Shown here: positions 16,881 through 31,806 of the stretch, piece by piece
Position numbering within the stretch: the first letter of the stretch is position 1
Layout: each line of letters opens with the position of its first letter
Source of the DNA: the human T2T-CHM13v2.0 reference genome, Homo sapiens
NCBI RefSeq assembly: GCF_009914755.1
Contig: NC_060927.1
Reading direction: 5' to 3' (one strand)
Length of the DNA: 64,000 nt
The notes under the pieces: model-generated
The model's input: only the letters and a program-made list of their open reading frames with translations
Told to the model about the DNA's origin: nothing
Databases searched by the model: none
Translations under genes and position numbers: made by a program

Positions 16881-17516
16881 CTTTAGAAACAACACTTAAT
16901 ATATGAATAATATTTCATCAGATAGATAAAGCATAACTTTATTAACTATTCCCCAATTTAGGCTGTTGCATATTTTCTGTGGTCATAAATAACACAGCAA
17001 TGAACATTTTCATGAATTATTTCTTCTGCACTTCTTTGATTACTATTTTAGCATATCTTACAACAAGTAGAATCACTGCATCAAACAATATAACCATTGC
17101 TAAGGCTGTTGATAAAGATTACCTATTTGTCTTCCATAAAAGTCATACCAATCTATATTTCTACCAGCAAAAATAAGCAGCTTTTTTAAATGTAAAAATA
17201 AATTAATTATATAATCATAAAATATAAAAGAACAGCTTCCAAACTGGTAAACCATGTGTTAGCAATTATCTTTTCTATTAAATGATGTGGCCAGGCTAGA
17301 TGAACTAAGGTTCAAGACATCTAGGAAAATGTCAAGTTTTCAAATGGCAATCCATATTTTAAACTAACAGGCCTGCTAAAGCATGGATATATTTACATAT
17401 GGACATGTGGAGAGAAAGATTTATGTAAAACCACCACCTTCCTGATAGCTGTCCCCATCCCTAAATTTTCCCTTTGTCCTTTTTATACAAGCCTGAATAG
17501 ACTAAGGACAACTCTA

Positions 17517-18116
<600 letters not shown>

Positions 18117-18855
18117 CTAAAATTCCCTCCCTCATCAGCAAACAAGGCGTCAAATTCCTGCCACTAGGACTCTGGTCCAAAGTTACAGTCCCCAAAGTCA
18201 ACACCAGTGACATGGGGCTCCCAAAGTCACCACAAATATGCTCTAGGGACACTATCTGGACCGGAAGCCTCAAAACAAAAGTCAGTCAGTGACATACGAT
18301 CCAGCCCTCAAGCCCACTTGCTTTGACCAGAATCAGGCTTTGGTTTGTTCATTGTTTTTATTTTTGGCTTTAAAAATTGTTTTGAATCAGTTGACAATCT
18401 TTAAAAATTAAGACAGCTTCTCACACAAATCTACATCTCTAGTTTCTCTTGCAATATCCAAGGATCTCAACATGGGGTCCATTCACTACACGGCAACCAT
18501 AGGCCATAGCTGAGAAGCAGCTGCCCTGTCAGATGTGATGCACTCTCAGGTCTCCATGCTCCCACCTTCTCCAGACGCTCAGGATGCCAAAGCAGAGGTC
18601 AGCAGCCCTTGACCAGAGGGGTTTATACTGCTTTTCTGACACCCTTGTTTCTGTGACACAGCCTGAGACCTGGAGAATATTTGAGCCTGTGACCCCTGGT
18701 CTGGTACGAATAACGTATCATGCATACAAATAGGGTTACTGGCCAAACATCTGCAGATCCTATTATGACTAAAAAAATCCAAACTACTTAAGGCATTACT
18801 CAATTCAGAGAACCTCTTGCCATTAGGGATTGCCTGAATCAACAGACACTACTAA

Positions 18856-19162
<307 letters not shown>

Positions 19163-19818
19163 ACTACTAAGTTTTTTAATGAAAAGGGGGAACTCAAGTT
19201 TTTTACTTTTTCAATAATAACAAAAAAATTAGAAATCAATTAAGAATTTAAGAAAAATTAAGAATTTTATTAAGTTGTTTTTTATCAAAAAAAAAAAAAA
19301 CCCTTGTATTAAGAAAAATTAAGAATTTTTTAAGTCGTTTCCTTCCTGACTACTATGTACAAAATATTAGGCTTCTATTGAAGCAATGACATAATGATGA
19401 GTAAGACCCTGCCTGGGCCCTTGCAGGCAGATGGCGGACAGCGTGTGAACAGAGCAATTGCGGGAGGCACAGCGGTAAAGGTAATGGCATCCACCTGCGA
19501 AAAGCACAAGAGCCCTCAGGAGGTGACAGGAAGCCTTTATCAAAGGACAAGGCATCTGCCCGGCTAAGGAGAGGGAACAAGAAGCAAGGCTATGACACAA
19601 GTTCAAGGTGGAGCTGGGCTTTGGTCCCATTCTAGCAGAGCTGAGACTTCCTTTGGAGGTCACAGGAAGTCACCCAAGAGTTTTTAGTGTTGCATGCTTT
19701 AGAAAAGTTACCATGGAGATGGTGTTGAGGTGCCTAGAAGAAGAGGAGCTTGGGCTCAGGGAGGCCTTAAGAAGATGATCGTGGGAGTCCAGACCAGATG
19801 CAAGGAGCATCGAAACAA

Positions 19819-19996
19819 AGACAAGGGCAGGAGGAGCAGACCAGAGAGGCAGCTACGGCTCAGTGGCTGTTAGATACTGACAAATGAGACGAGCAGTTAT
19901 CAGAAGAGACAAAGGCAGGAGGGAGCAGACCAGAAAGGCAGCTATGCCTCAGTGGCTGGTTAGATACTAGAGAACGAGACACAGCAGTAATCAGAA
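19819..19996. repeat. Diverged tandem duplication, 2 copies of about 88 bp
   Basis: agacaagggcaggaggagcagaccagagaggcagcta...tcagaa is repeated with substitutions and small indels. Confidence 0.85.
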
Positions 19997-22269
19997 TGAT
20001 TCACTAAATTTCAGGCTCTGACAACTCAGTGGACATCAGAAACACTGGGCCAACACAAAAAATAAAGGATGGGGAGCAGTTACTGGAAGGTAAGGGTGAG
20101 TAGGGGAGACATAGAGACCAGGATCCCATCTGCAGAAGTGTAGCAGCTCTGGATCTAGGCACGAACAAGGTCAACCCTCGGCCCAGGCTGTCCCTAAGCA
20201 CACAGCACATCACCAAAGCTGGAGGTGCCAATTCCTCCACCCAACTCAGCTGAACAGCAGTTCCCACAGCATCACTAAGGCTGAAAAATTGGAATGCTAT
20301 CCTCCTCACAAAGGCGGAAGCATGCTTTGTCCTCTGCCTGCCTATAGCGAGTGTCCAAATTACCAATGGCAGATCTTACACCAACATCAGAAGTCCCCTA
20401 CCAGCTCCTCTTGGCCTCTGCATATGCCACCTTCCCCTACTCCACAATTCCTGCGACAGCACTGAGAAGGTACTCAGGCAGGGCATGGGGTTGGGAGGTT
20501 TGGTGGAAGTCTAAAGATGACCAACACATGAAACAAGCCCTCAAAAGAACCTAACAGATCACGGAAGACTCCTGTGGAAACACTCCACACGCTGAGCACA
20601 GTATGACAGGCTGGAGGAGAAAAATAGATAAAGAATCTGTGTTAGGTCATATTCCCTGGAGGCAGAGCCTGATGTGGCGACTCCTATGCAAATGAGTGCT
20701 TGAGGAAGTGCTCTCAGGATCCGGAGAAACTGGAAGAAGGTGAGGGAAACTGCATAGGAGTTGAGATAAGCCCAGCCTCCGTCTGATCCCACAAAAAGCT
20801 CTGAAGTAAACTGTACAAAGTTTGTGCTGCCAGGAAGCAGGGGATTGGGTTTGATACTCCCAATCGTTGACTTCACTAAGTGATGTCAGTCACTGGGTAC
20901 AAGGTCACACCAGAGTGGAGGATGCAGGTTACCTCCCAGTCACCTCCAGGCTAGAGGGTTCCTCCCCTGCAGGGCAGAATCTTCCAGTGAAAGGTACAGG
21001 CATGAAGTATTAGCAGCTAACTCCCTCAATTAGTCAAGGGCTGGGTGCCCTGACCCAGTAAAGGGGATCTGTGCAGGGCACCAGCAACATCCACAATGGA
21101 CAGAGTCCATTCTAGAAGTCCAGCAGAACAATATACATGCAGGGAAAGAGGGAAGGGCCATTCATCATTATGAGTCTTTTCATCTTTCCATCTCTCTGGA
21201 AACCATCCAGGAAGTTAAAAAACTCATCTGTACAAGGTGGTTGAGCACCTCTGAAAAGCCTTGAGCATGGAGTATAATTTTACAACCCAGACTGAAGGCT
21301 TACCTCCCAAGTAACTGGGTTTATTGTTCCCTATTGCAAGCAGCAGCCTGCAGTTCCACCTACCTTCTGCCTAAGAGCACTTTAGCCTCAGAGTGAATCT
21401 CCACGACCACACTCGAGCAATAAACGGGCAGTCATCCTCCGTCATATAACTAACAACTTTCCTCCAATTTTTATGGTGCTTTTTATGCTGACTTTATAAA
21501 GTTTCACGTTTTACTTTCCAGATTTCATCGTGTGCATTCAATGCACCCCAGGAGTGTTGCTAAGCAGTTTTAATTTTCCAAGAAGTATTTCTTTGCCTTT
21601 CCTTTCCACTAAAGCATAGCTAAGAAATTGGAAAAGGCCCCCAAATCAAGTTTTCTGTACAGTGTGTACAATCTGGACCAAGACATTCAAGAAGGAATTG
21701 ACTTAAGGAGAACTTCAGAATCATGGCTGGAGCCCCCACCATCCATGATGGAGTTAGAGAGTACCTCTATGGTAATGCAGGGCCAAATAAGTAAATTCCA
21801 GAGTAGCGAAATTAACTTTGTAATAAAAGACTATTTGATTATTCAGAGAAAAGGGAGCAGGTGTTTGGTAAGGTGCCAGAGAAATTCCTTAATTACCAGC
21901 CAAGTCCAAAGGAAATAAATGGTCAAATCAATTAACTCATTATTTATTATTTACTCTGTGATTAAACTTACAGATCAAGCTTCTAACAATACTAAGGGGA
22001 AGTTGGGGAAAGAGGAGTTTTAGGTTGGTTTCTTAGCCCAATGCAAATCTGCCTCAATTGTCATTCCTAAAACGCACACACATATTATTTCAGGAAGGAT
22101 TGAACCAATCAACTGAAAAAACAGGAGACAAGTTAAAATAGCAACAGCTAACCTTTTCAGAGTACCTTCCATGTGCCTAAAACTGTGCAAGTAGTTGGAT
22201 GCATACATCCTTCTCCATTCTCATGGAACAATTGTGCAGTACAAGAAATATAAAAGGATACTGGGTTCC

Positions 22270-22597
<328 letters not shown>

Positions 22598-23029
22598 CTA
22601 CCTCACAGAACAGACACAAGTCCAGACAGATTAAAGCCTTAATTGAGAGAGGTAACTTCTGAAACTTTCAGCAGAAAATATAAGAGAATATCTCTTTAGT
22701 TAACTAGAAAAGAAAATACTCATATTCTACCACATTAAGAACCTCCTGACCTGAGGTCCCACCTATGGACTGACTTGGTTTGGATCAGAGCTAGAAGCTG
22801 CTCTCAATGAAAAATTTTAGTTGTCAGTTATGCAGTGGGTTGAAGTAGCAATCTGAGAGTTGGCAAAAATTTTTTAAAGTAGGTCTCGGTGGAAATCCTA
22901 CTTATGTAGGCTTGTATTAGCTTCCAGGGTATCCGAAAAGGGCCTGTCAGGAGGGATGACTGTTTCTGCCAGTAAACTGAGCAGTGGGCAGCATAATTAA
23001 GAGAATATGGAAAAGAAGTAAGAACTTGT

Positions 23030-24560
23030 TTTTCAAAAGCATCACAAATAAAGTAAAAAGCCAAGCTATGAACTAAAAGGAGATATTTGCAACATAGATC
23101 CAACAAAGGATAAGTATGCAGAATATATAAAGCACTCCTACAAACCAATGCAAAAAAGACAACCTAATAAATAACTGAGCAAAAGACCCAAGCTGGAATT
23201 TCATAAAAGAGGAAGAAAGAATGACCCTTAAGCACATGAAGAGCTGCTGTCTTTCTGATAATCAGAGATACACAAATTAAGATACCAATGAGATATCATG
23301 TATACCTACTGGCTTGGCAAAATTAAGAATTCTTACTATATCAAAAACTAGAAAAGGTGCAGAACAATGCAAATGCTTATACCCTACTGGATGGCATTAA
23401 ACTGGCACATCCACTTTAGAAAACAACTTAACATCATCTTATAAAATGGAACATCCAAATACCCTGAAGCCCAGTGGATATAGTTTGGATATCTGACCTC
23501 TCCAAATCTCAGGCTGAAATGTGATCCCCAATGTTGGAGGTGGAGCCTAAGGGGAGGCACTTGGGTCATGGGGGCAGATCCCTCACAAATGGCTTGGTGC
23601 CCTCCCTATGGTAATAAGTGAGTTCTCACTCTGTTAGTTCTGTTAGTTTACCAGTTAGCTCTGTTAGAGCTGGTTGTTTAAAGGAGCCTAGCATCTCCTC
23701 CTCTCTCTCTTGCTCCCTCTCGCCATGTGACATGCCTGCTCCCTCCACTTTCCATCTTGAGTAAAAGTTCCCTGAAGCCTCACCAGAAGCCAAGATGCTG
23801 GTGCCATGCCTGTACAGTCTTCACAACCATGAGCCAAATAAACCTCTTTTCTTTATAAATTACCCAGTCTCAGATATTCCTTTATAGCAATGCAAAACGG
23901 ACTAACACACCAACAATTCAACTTCTACATCAACATCACAAGGAAATTCTTGCGTGTGTGTACTGGGAGATACATACTAACTTACACACAGCAGTAACAC
24001 CGTTCACAGAGGAAGAAATGGTGAACAACCTAAATACCCATCACCAGGATAAAAAATTTGTGACATAGTCACACAAAGAATGTTATACAGCATTGAAAAG
24101 AAATGCACTGAAGTTAGACACAATAACGGGAATCAATTTTGGAAACAAAACGGGAAAAAAAAAAGACTTGCAGAAAACTATATACAACATCCTTTTAAAA
24201 ATATAAAACTGAGAAACAAAACTAAATAATACAGAGAGATAACACACATTATTTTTGTAAAATATCTATTATAAAAATACTTTATATTATACAAAGGTGA
24301 AGGAATGATGAACTTGAAACTCAAGAGTTAGTGGTTACCTAAAAGAGGGGAGGAAAGGATTGAGTTGAAGAAGAATACTTGGGCAGATGAGCTACTAGTG
24401 GTTATATTATCCTTCCTAGAGTGAATGGTGAGCTCATGCCTGTTCATTTTCTTATGCTCTGTTACATATATGATTGCATATATTCTTTAATATAAATCAA
24501 TTATATTTTTCAAATATTAGAAAAAAGCTATTTAGATCATTTATTCTATGATTGTATACA
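23030..24560 (+). mobile_element. Old L1M 3' region, split by the MST LTR
   Basis: agatatttgcaaca...gaatatataaagcactcctacaaacca...; gttacc and ttcatttt 3'UTR motifs. Confidence 0.75.
23475..23909 (+). mobile_element. MST (MSTA/MSTB-like) MaLR solo LTR inserted in an L1
   Basis: gatatagtttggat...aaatctca...gaaatgtgatccccaatgttggaggtgg; intact AATAAA; ends tttatagcaatgcaaaacggactaacaca. Confidence 0.85.
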
Positions 24561-25813
24561 ATTATAAAAATAGAAACTAATATATAAATGTTAATTTAAA
24601 CTATATAATTATATATTTAAATTATATGGAGTATTTATTATTATTCCCATTTTACTGATGAAGAAACTGAGAGTTAAAAAGGTAGGATAACTTTACACAT
24701 CCAGTTAAGTGAAAGTGACAAACTAAGCTTTTCATTAACTTTAAAACCCATGCTTTAACACCGTGCTATACTCTTAAGATTTCCACCAGCGAAGAAAAAA
24801 ATTAGATATAATTCACAAGATTCAAGAATCCCTGCCTAAAACTCCATTAGTGTGCAACTCTTACAGAACTCCTACTATAATCTGTGCCTTCCATGAGTGG
24901 TGGGAAATGAGTATTGTTTATTAGGATTTGTTAGCTCTAAAGACAAACTTATTTACATGTTAACATATAGTCATATTAAACAAAAGACTCTTAAATTCAA
25001 TGAAATTTGGAATTTATAGAAAACCTACGATAAAGCATTTTGTTTTATTTTGCAAATGCAAATAAAGAATCCTGGTGCAAAGTGGAAAGCCATGCCTTAG
25101 TACACATTAGGTGGATTAAGAAATATGTTTTCTTCAGTGAGGCAAAACTATTCAAGTGATAAATTCATCTGTTTGTCCAGGTTCTTTTCTTGTTTTCACC
25201 TTCTGAGCTTCTTTCACTTCCCTTCAAGAGTCATGTTTCCTCTCTCACCCTAGATCTTAACCAGGTGGCACTTCCTCCAAAAGAGTTCCCCACCCTACAT
25301 CCAGGCGTATCCCTCGTCACGCTCCGTGAGAGCACTTTGCATGCTGCAGTTCAACCACTGCTGTGCATCTTCTTCCTAGCCCACCAGCAACTTGGGGCAG
25401 GAACCCATCTACAATAGTCCCCACTGTACCTTCAGGCACAGCATGGGGAGCAATGAGAAGGAATCAACAACTGAATGAAGGGATGATCATACTACTATGT
25501 AAAATCCATTCACACGAAAGGATCAGAGGGAACACAGAATAGTAGGAAGGATGTGGCACTTGGAATCAGACTGACCTGTGTTAGAATGTCCCCCCAACAT
25601 CAGTTGGCTCTGATATTACTAAATATTAAATATTACTAAAACCTGCCCGCCTTGTGTGGTTATTAGAATTAGTGGTGATAATATGTGTGAAGATGATTCT
25701 CTCAGGTACTAATCAGTGACTTTAAACTGTGGCTGTCGGGGAAGGGTCCTATATTCTGGTTCAACTGGTCCAGGATGGGATCTGGTGATGAAATTTTTGT
25801 AAAATCTTCCTAC

Positions 25814-26116
25814 TTTTTTTTTTTTTTTTTTTTTGAGACGGAGTCTCATTCTGTAGCCCAGGCTGGAGTGCAATGGTGCAATCTCGGCTCACTGCAACCT
25901 CCGCCTCCAGGGTTCAAGCAATGCTCCGCCTCAGCCTCCTGAGTAGCTGGGATTACAGGCGCCCACCACCATGCCTGGCTAATTTTTTTGTATTTTTAGT
26001 AGAGACGGGGGTCTCACCATCTTGGCCAGGCTGGTCTTGAACTCCTGACCTCGTGATCCATCCACCTCAACCTCCCAAAGTGCTGAGATTACAGGCGTGA
26101 GCCAGCGCGCCCGGTC
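25814..26116 (-). mobile_element. AluS
   Basis: Full reverse Alu. Confidence 0.92.
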
Positions 26117-26299
26117 CTCAGATACTTTTAATATGCAGAAAGGTTTCAGAACCTCTCCACGGGACAGAAGCAAGGCAGGAAATAACATCTGCAGAGCCTT
26201 GCTGTGTCCAACACTCAGTTGCCACACATTATATTATTTAATACCCCCACACACACAAAGAGTGGGCACTGCTTCCCCCTTACCAAGCAGAAGTGATTC

Positions 26300-26589
<290 letters not shown>

Positions 26590-27329
26590 ACAATGGCCAT
26601 TCTTCATTAACCCTTTTCCTTCTCCCTCTCAATCATGTCAATTTTCTTCAAAAAAGAGACAGCTAAACTTTCAGACAAGTCACCATACGTGAAGATGTTC
26701 AAAAGCTCTATGTGTATGTGAGGAGTGTGTGTGACAGAGAGACAGAGACAGAGAAATGAAAGAGGAGGAGAGAAGGAACTGGGGCAAGAGGCAACAGAAT
26801 GACGCCTTTTTCCATCAGAGAGTTCAGCAGCTTCAGTGCTGTGGTTGATTCCTTAACATCAAAGCTAAATAGGAACTTGTTTCCAGCTCCAGTTGTTGCA
26901 GCTGACTGGTCCTATAATTTCTAGCATGCACAAAGCATGTCAAAATCCTCAACAACAAAAATCATTAAGAGAAGTCTGGGTTCATCCTTTAACCCTAGAA
27001 CAATTAAATGTGTGAGGTGCCCGTGCATTGGCCCATTTGCTCCTTCTGCACATGAATTCCCATTAACACCAGTCCCAAGAGGGAAGAAAAAGGGGTCAGA
27101 AAGATGGCTGCCTGGCCAAGATGCCACAGGCCTGGAGGAGGTACTGAATTAAATGGCCTCTAAGCCCCTCAACTCTAATCCTCTACAAAGAGCCTTTGTG
27201 CATTGCTAACACTAGGCTGGAAAGGAAAAAGAAGCAACAATCCCAAGTTCCATGAGGAGGGCTTCTGGTTCTTTCTACTTGCAGCAATCAGGCATAATTT
27301 TAAAGCTAGCCGTCTCAGCAATAAAAAGG

Positions 27330-27915
27330 AATCCACGACTGATAAGACACAACGACATAAATGAATCCCAAAATGTTATGCTGACTAGAGGAAGCCAGAC
27401 ACAGTAAGTATATATTGTGTGATTCCATTTATATGAAATGCTAGAGTAGGCAAAAACCAATCTATATTGGGGGCAGGGGGAAGGATGGTGGTTGCCTGGA
27501 GTGGGGAGGAGCAAGAGACACAACAGAAGCTTCTGGGGAGATGGTAATGTTCTATGCCTTGACAGAGGTTGGGTAAAAATGCATGCAGTTGTCAAAACTT
27601 AGCAATGTACACTTAGGATTTGTGCATTTCATTGTGAAATTTTACATCAAGAGAAATAATTGAAAACAAATATTGTTAATGATATGTGTTAATGACATGC
27701 ATGCTAAAATATTTATGACTATACTAATGTCAGCAGTTTGCTCTGAAATGTATAAAGAAATAAAATGGGTCTATGGATGAGACAGATGGACAGACATGTA
27801 AAAAACTAGGTATAATAAAATGTCAGTTGTAGAATCCAGGTGGTAGATACTTGTGTGTTTACTGTACAATTCTTTCAACATTTCTGTATATTTGAAATTT
27901 TTCATAATAAAATGA
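27330..27915 (+). mobile_element. L1MC/ME 3'UTR fragment
   Basis: aagccagacacag...tgattccatttatatgaaat...; ends tttgaaatttttcataataaaatg. Confidence 0.8.
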
Positions 27916-28079
27916 GGGAGGGGGCAGTTAGCCACATAGAAGGTAGATGGGTGGATAAGGTAAGCTAATTGCTAAGAAAAAATCATAGAAGCTACTGGCA
28001 TCCAGGCATCCACTGGGGTTTAATGCAGCGTGAGCTGCTCAGACAAAAGAAAAAAGGAAAGATGACAAAATTGAAGATA

Positions 28080-28270
28080 ACAGTAATACAGTAATAATTT
28101 GTTGAACCACTACTATACACCAGAGGTATATGCTAGACACTCATATGCCATCTGGTCTTACCATCACAACTTCCCTGCAAGGTAGGCATATCATCATTTT
28201 ATAGATAAGCAAACTGAAACTCAGAATGGTGCAGGAACTTATCCGAGGCTAGAATTTGAAACCAGCTCTA
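28080..28270 (-). mobile_element. MIR
   Basis: cattttatagataagcaaactgaaactcaga core. Confidence 0.7.
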
Positions 28271-29320
28271 CCAACCTCAATAGAAAAAGAACCATATGAG
28301 CCCAACACTGCTTCCCTCTTGCAAAGGTCAGGACTGTGCCAAAGGCTCAGGCATGGCACTGCAGCCACAGCTACCCAGCAATGCCACCTATCATGCAGTA
28401 GGAAGCCACCCTCTTGGTAACAGCATTGGCACTTGCACTGACTCCCTGTCGCTTCATTCTCCCAAAAGCCCTGTGGGGTCTCCTACACTCAATCCTCTTC
28501 CCTCTTTTCTTTTTGCCACAAGGAGAATTTACCCACCAGGGATTTAGCCATCATCTCCATGCACATGCTCTTAATAACAAATAATGCAAAGCAGCTCATT
28601 CAGTGCCATCTAGCAGCTTTCCAGCCCAGCTTCTAGTCTACAGAAGCTAGAAAACTATAAGCTACATTTCACTGACTCCCTTGCAGCTAGATTCTTCTAA
28701 GCAGACACACTCATGCAAGATCTGAGAGTGAGAGGGGAACAACAGGAGGCAGTAGCCACAAACCAGAAGGTCAGAACTTCTGGTCAGATGGTGACAAGTG
28801 TATTTGATTCCTTGGAGCAGTTATAGCAGATGTTATGAAGTTTGGCCTCTAGTGTCACCAGCCCTAAGGCAGAAGTGGGTTATATCCATGCTATAGATGG
28901 GAATTGGTTAGAGACAGGCTGTGTTGTTCCTAAACATGTAGCATTGATCTTGGTTCTCCCAGAAACACTGCAAAACCCTCTAATAAATCCCTGGCTACTT
29001 AGACTGCTTAGAAGGAATCTACTGTTTGTAACTAATATCCTAAACAGCAACCCTTCTAAATGGCTCTGATCCTGCCTCCCACATTTTGAGCCTATATAAA
29101 TGCCTGCTAGAGAGTAAAACTCTTTAGTACAGGAGAGTCCCACTTTCCACATTAGAGGGAGGGCAAAGGAGGACAAGGAGAGTTGAGGGGACATCCTACA
29201 GTCCATCAGGTTCTATTAATATCAGTATGTGCAGGGTCTCCCAGAAAAGCAAACTGAGCAAAGCTTTCCAAATGTTCCAGGTAAGAGGGACAACAGAGCA
29301 CATAAAAATGATGGCCTTTT

Positions 29321-29622
<302 letters not shown>

Positions 29623-29734
29623 AGGGGGCCTTTCATGGACCCTGGCCTTGCTCCCTAGAGTAGGATTTGGGATACAGCATGTCAATCTTGGATGCTGCTT
29701 GGTGAAGGAATGATCTCATTCAAAAGCCACATTG

Positions 29735-30050
29735 GGCCGGGTGTGGTGGCTCAAGCCTGTAATCTCAGTACTTTGGGAGCCTGAGGTGGGCAGATTGCTT
29801 GAGTCCAGAAGTTCAAGACCAGCCTGGGCAACATGGTGAAACCCCATCTCTATAAAAAATACAAAAAAGTTATCTGGATGTGGTGGTACACACCTGTGGT
29901 CCCAGCTATTCAGGAAACTGAAGTGGGAGGATCACCTGAGCCCGGGAGGCAGAGGGTGCAGTGGGCCAAGACTGTGCCACTGCACTCCAGCCTGGGCGAC
30001 AGAGTGAGGCCCTGTCTCAAAAAATAAAAAATAAATAAAAATAAATAAAA
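29735..30050 (+). mobile_element. AluJ
   Basis: Full Alu with (AAAT)n tail. Confidence 0.9.
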
Positions 30051-30489
30051 TCATGTTGGCATGGTGATCCAGGGATGTACAAAGGCAGAACTTTTTGTTT
30101 TTTTAACTATCACAACTGACACATAAATATTTTTGTTCTTTCCAAAGAAATAACCACAGAGACTCCTGACTTATTGTCATTACCCACAACCTTTGACTCA
30201 GTTACGATAAATCCATCTCCCCTGAGCACAGTTATGAGATCTGGAAACAGCTGAAAGCAACCCAGAGCCACAGTGGCAGCTGAGGCAAGGGAACTGCACT
30301 GGCGAACACCATTTTTAGTCAAAAATGAGAAAAGACTATGAAGCAGGCAGACCTCTACTCTACTGTGGCTTATAACTTATTCTGAAGGCAATTCCAGAAA
30401 AGGAGCCTTGAAATATTTTGAGCAATGGCAGCACTGTTGTGAAAAAGAACCTTGCCATTCGTGGAGATATGTACTTGGAGATTCCTGGG

Positions 30490-30822
30490 GTTTTTTGTTG
30501 TTATTGGTTTGTTTTTGTTTGTTTGTTTTGGTTTGTTTGTTTTTTGAGGAGTCTTGCTCTGTCGCCCTGGCTGGAGTGCAGTGGTGCAATCTCGGCTCAC
30601 TGCAACCTCCGTCTCCGGGGTTCAAGCAATTCTCCTGCCTCAGCCTCCTAAATAGCTGGGATTACAGGCACATGCCACCACGCCTGACTAATTTTTGTAT
30701 TTTTAGTAGAGGGGGGGTTTCACCATGTTGGCCAGGCTGATCTTAAACCCCTGACCTCGTGATCTGCCCACCTCAGCCTCCCAAAGTGCTAGGATTACAG
30801 GCGTGAGCCACCGCACCCGGCC
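30490..30822 (-). mobile_element. AluS with (TTTG)n tail
   Basis: Full reverse Alu. Confidence 0.92.
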
Positions 30823-31619
30823 AGATTCCTGTTTTTAAAAATGCATCTTTAAAGTCACATTGTATAGAGTGACACTGAAGTATGGTCATTTGTTTCTTGG
30901 TTTATTGTGTGTGCACCAGCTAAGAAGGAAGAAAAAAATTAAACGTGTGCTATGTCTTAGCCTTTGTAGCCATTTGCAAGGAGGGGTGCAGTAACTCTCG
31001 GGCCACCAGAATACCCTTGTGACCACAATGTTAACTTAGAGCTAAAGCGTGACTTTGCCACTAAACATCTTTCAGCCCCTGAATAGCCAATTACCTGATT
31101 TACTTTAGCTCTGGCCTGATTTCTACTAATATTTAGGGCTGAAGTAAATAATGAGTGAAGTATTACTCTTGCAATTGAAAAAAGTTAAAAATGCACAAAA
31201 TGACAGTACACCTCACAAATTAGTCCTTAAAAATATCTTCTCTGACAAATCTAGTTTGTATGTTTTAGGCCTCACTAGATCCAATGTAGTAACAACTGTC
31301 AGATATATGGTGTGTTATGCTTTTTAATAATATCAACTGGTATTGCGCACATCAGGACTTCACAGAGGTACATATGCAGGAGGACAAGACTCAAAAGAAA
31401 TGCACAAAAATCAGTAACAGTTGTATTAGGATGGGAGGACAAGGGCCCATTTTTTTCCCAAAAAAAGTCTTTATATTTGTTATGTCAACTTTTCAATAAC
31501 ACAAAGCATCTTTCTCACCATGGATGCTACATTTCAACTGAGATGTTTATGTTCTGAATACTGGATTCTTCTCTCTCTCACACAAGAGCCAAGGGTGTTT
31601 CGGCTTTGTGTTCCAAAAG

Positions 31620-31806
31620 CCTCTAAACTAGAGAACAGGCCTTTGAGCCAAATCCAGCCCACCACTTATTTTAGCAAATAAGGTTTTATTGGAACAGAGC
31701 CATGTCTATTTGTTTACATATTGCCTAGGGCTGCTTTTATGCTGCCATGGCAGAGTTGAATTATTTACTATCTGACTCTTTACAAAAAAACCTTTCTAAC
31801 CCCTGT
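31620..31806 (+). mobile_element. MER58-like hAT-Charlie MITE (second copy at about 44700-44866)
   Basis: gccaaatccagccc...aaataaggttttattggaacagagccatg...atttactatctgactctttaca...acccctg. Confidence 0.75.
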
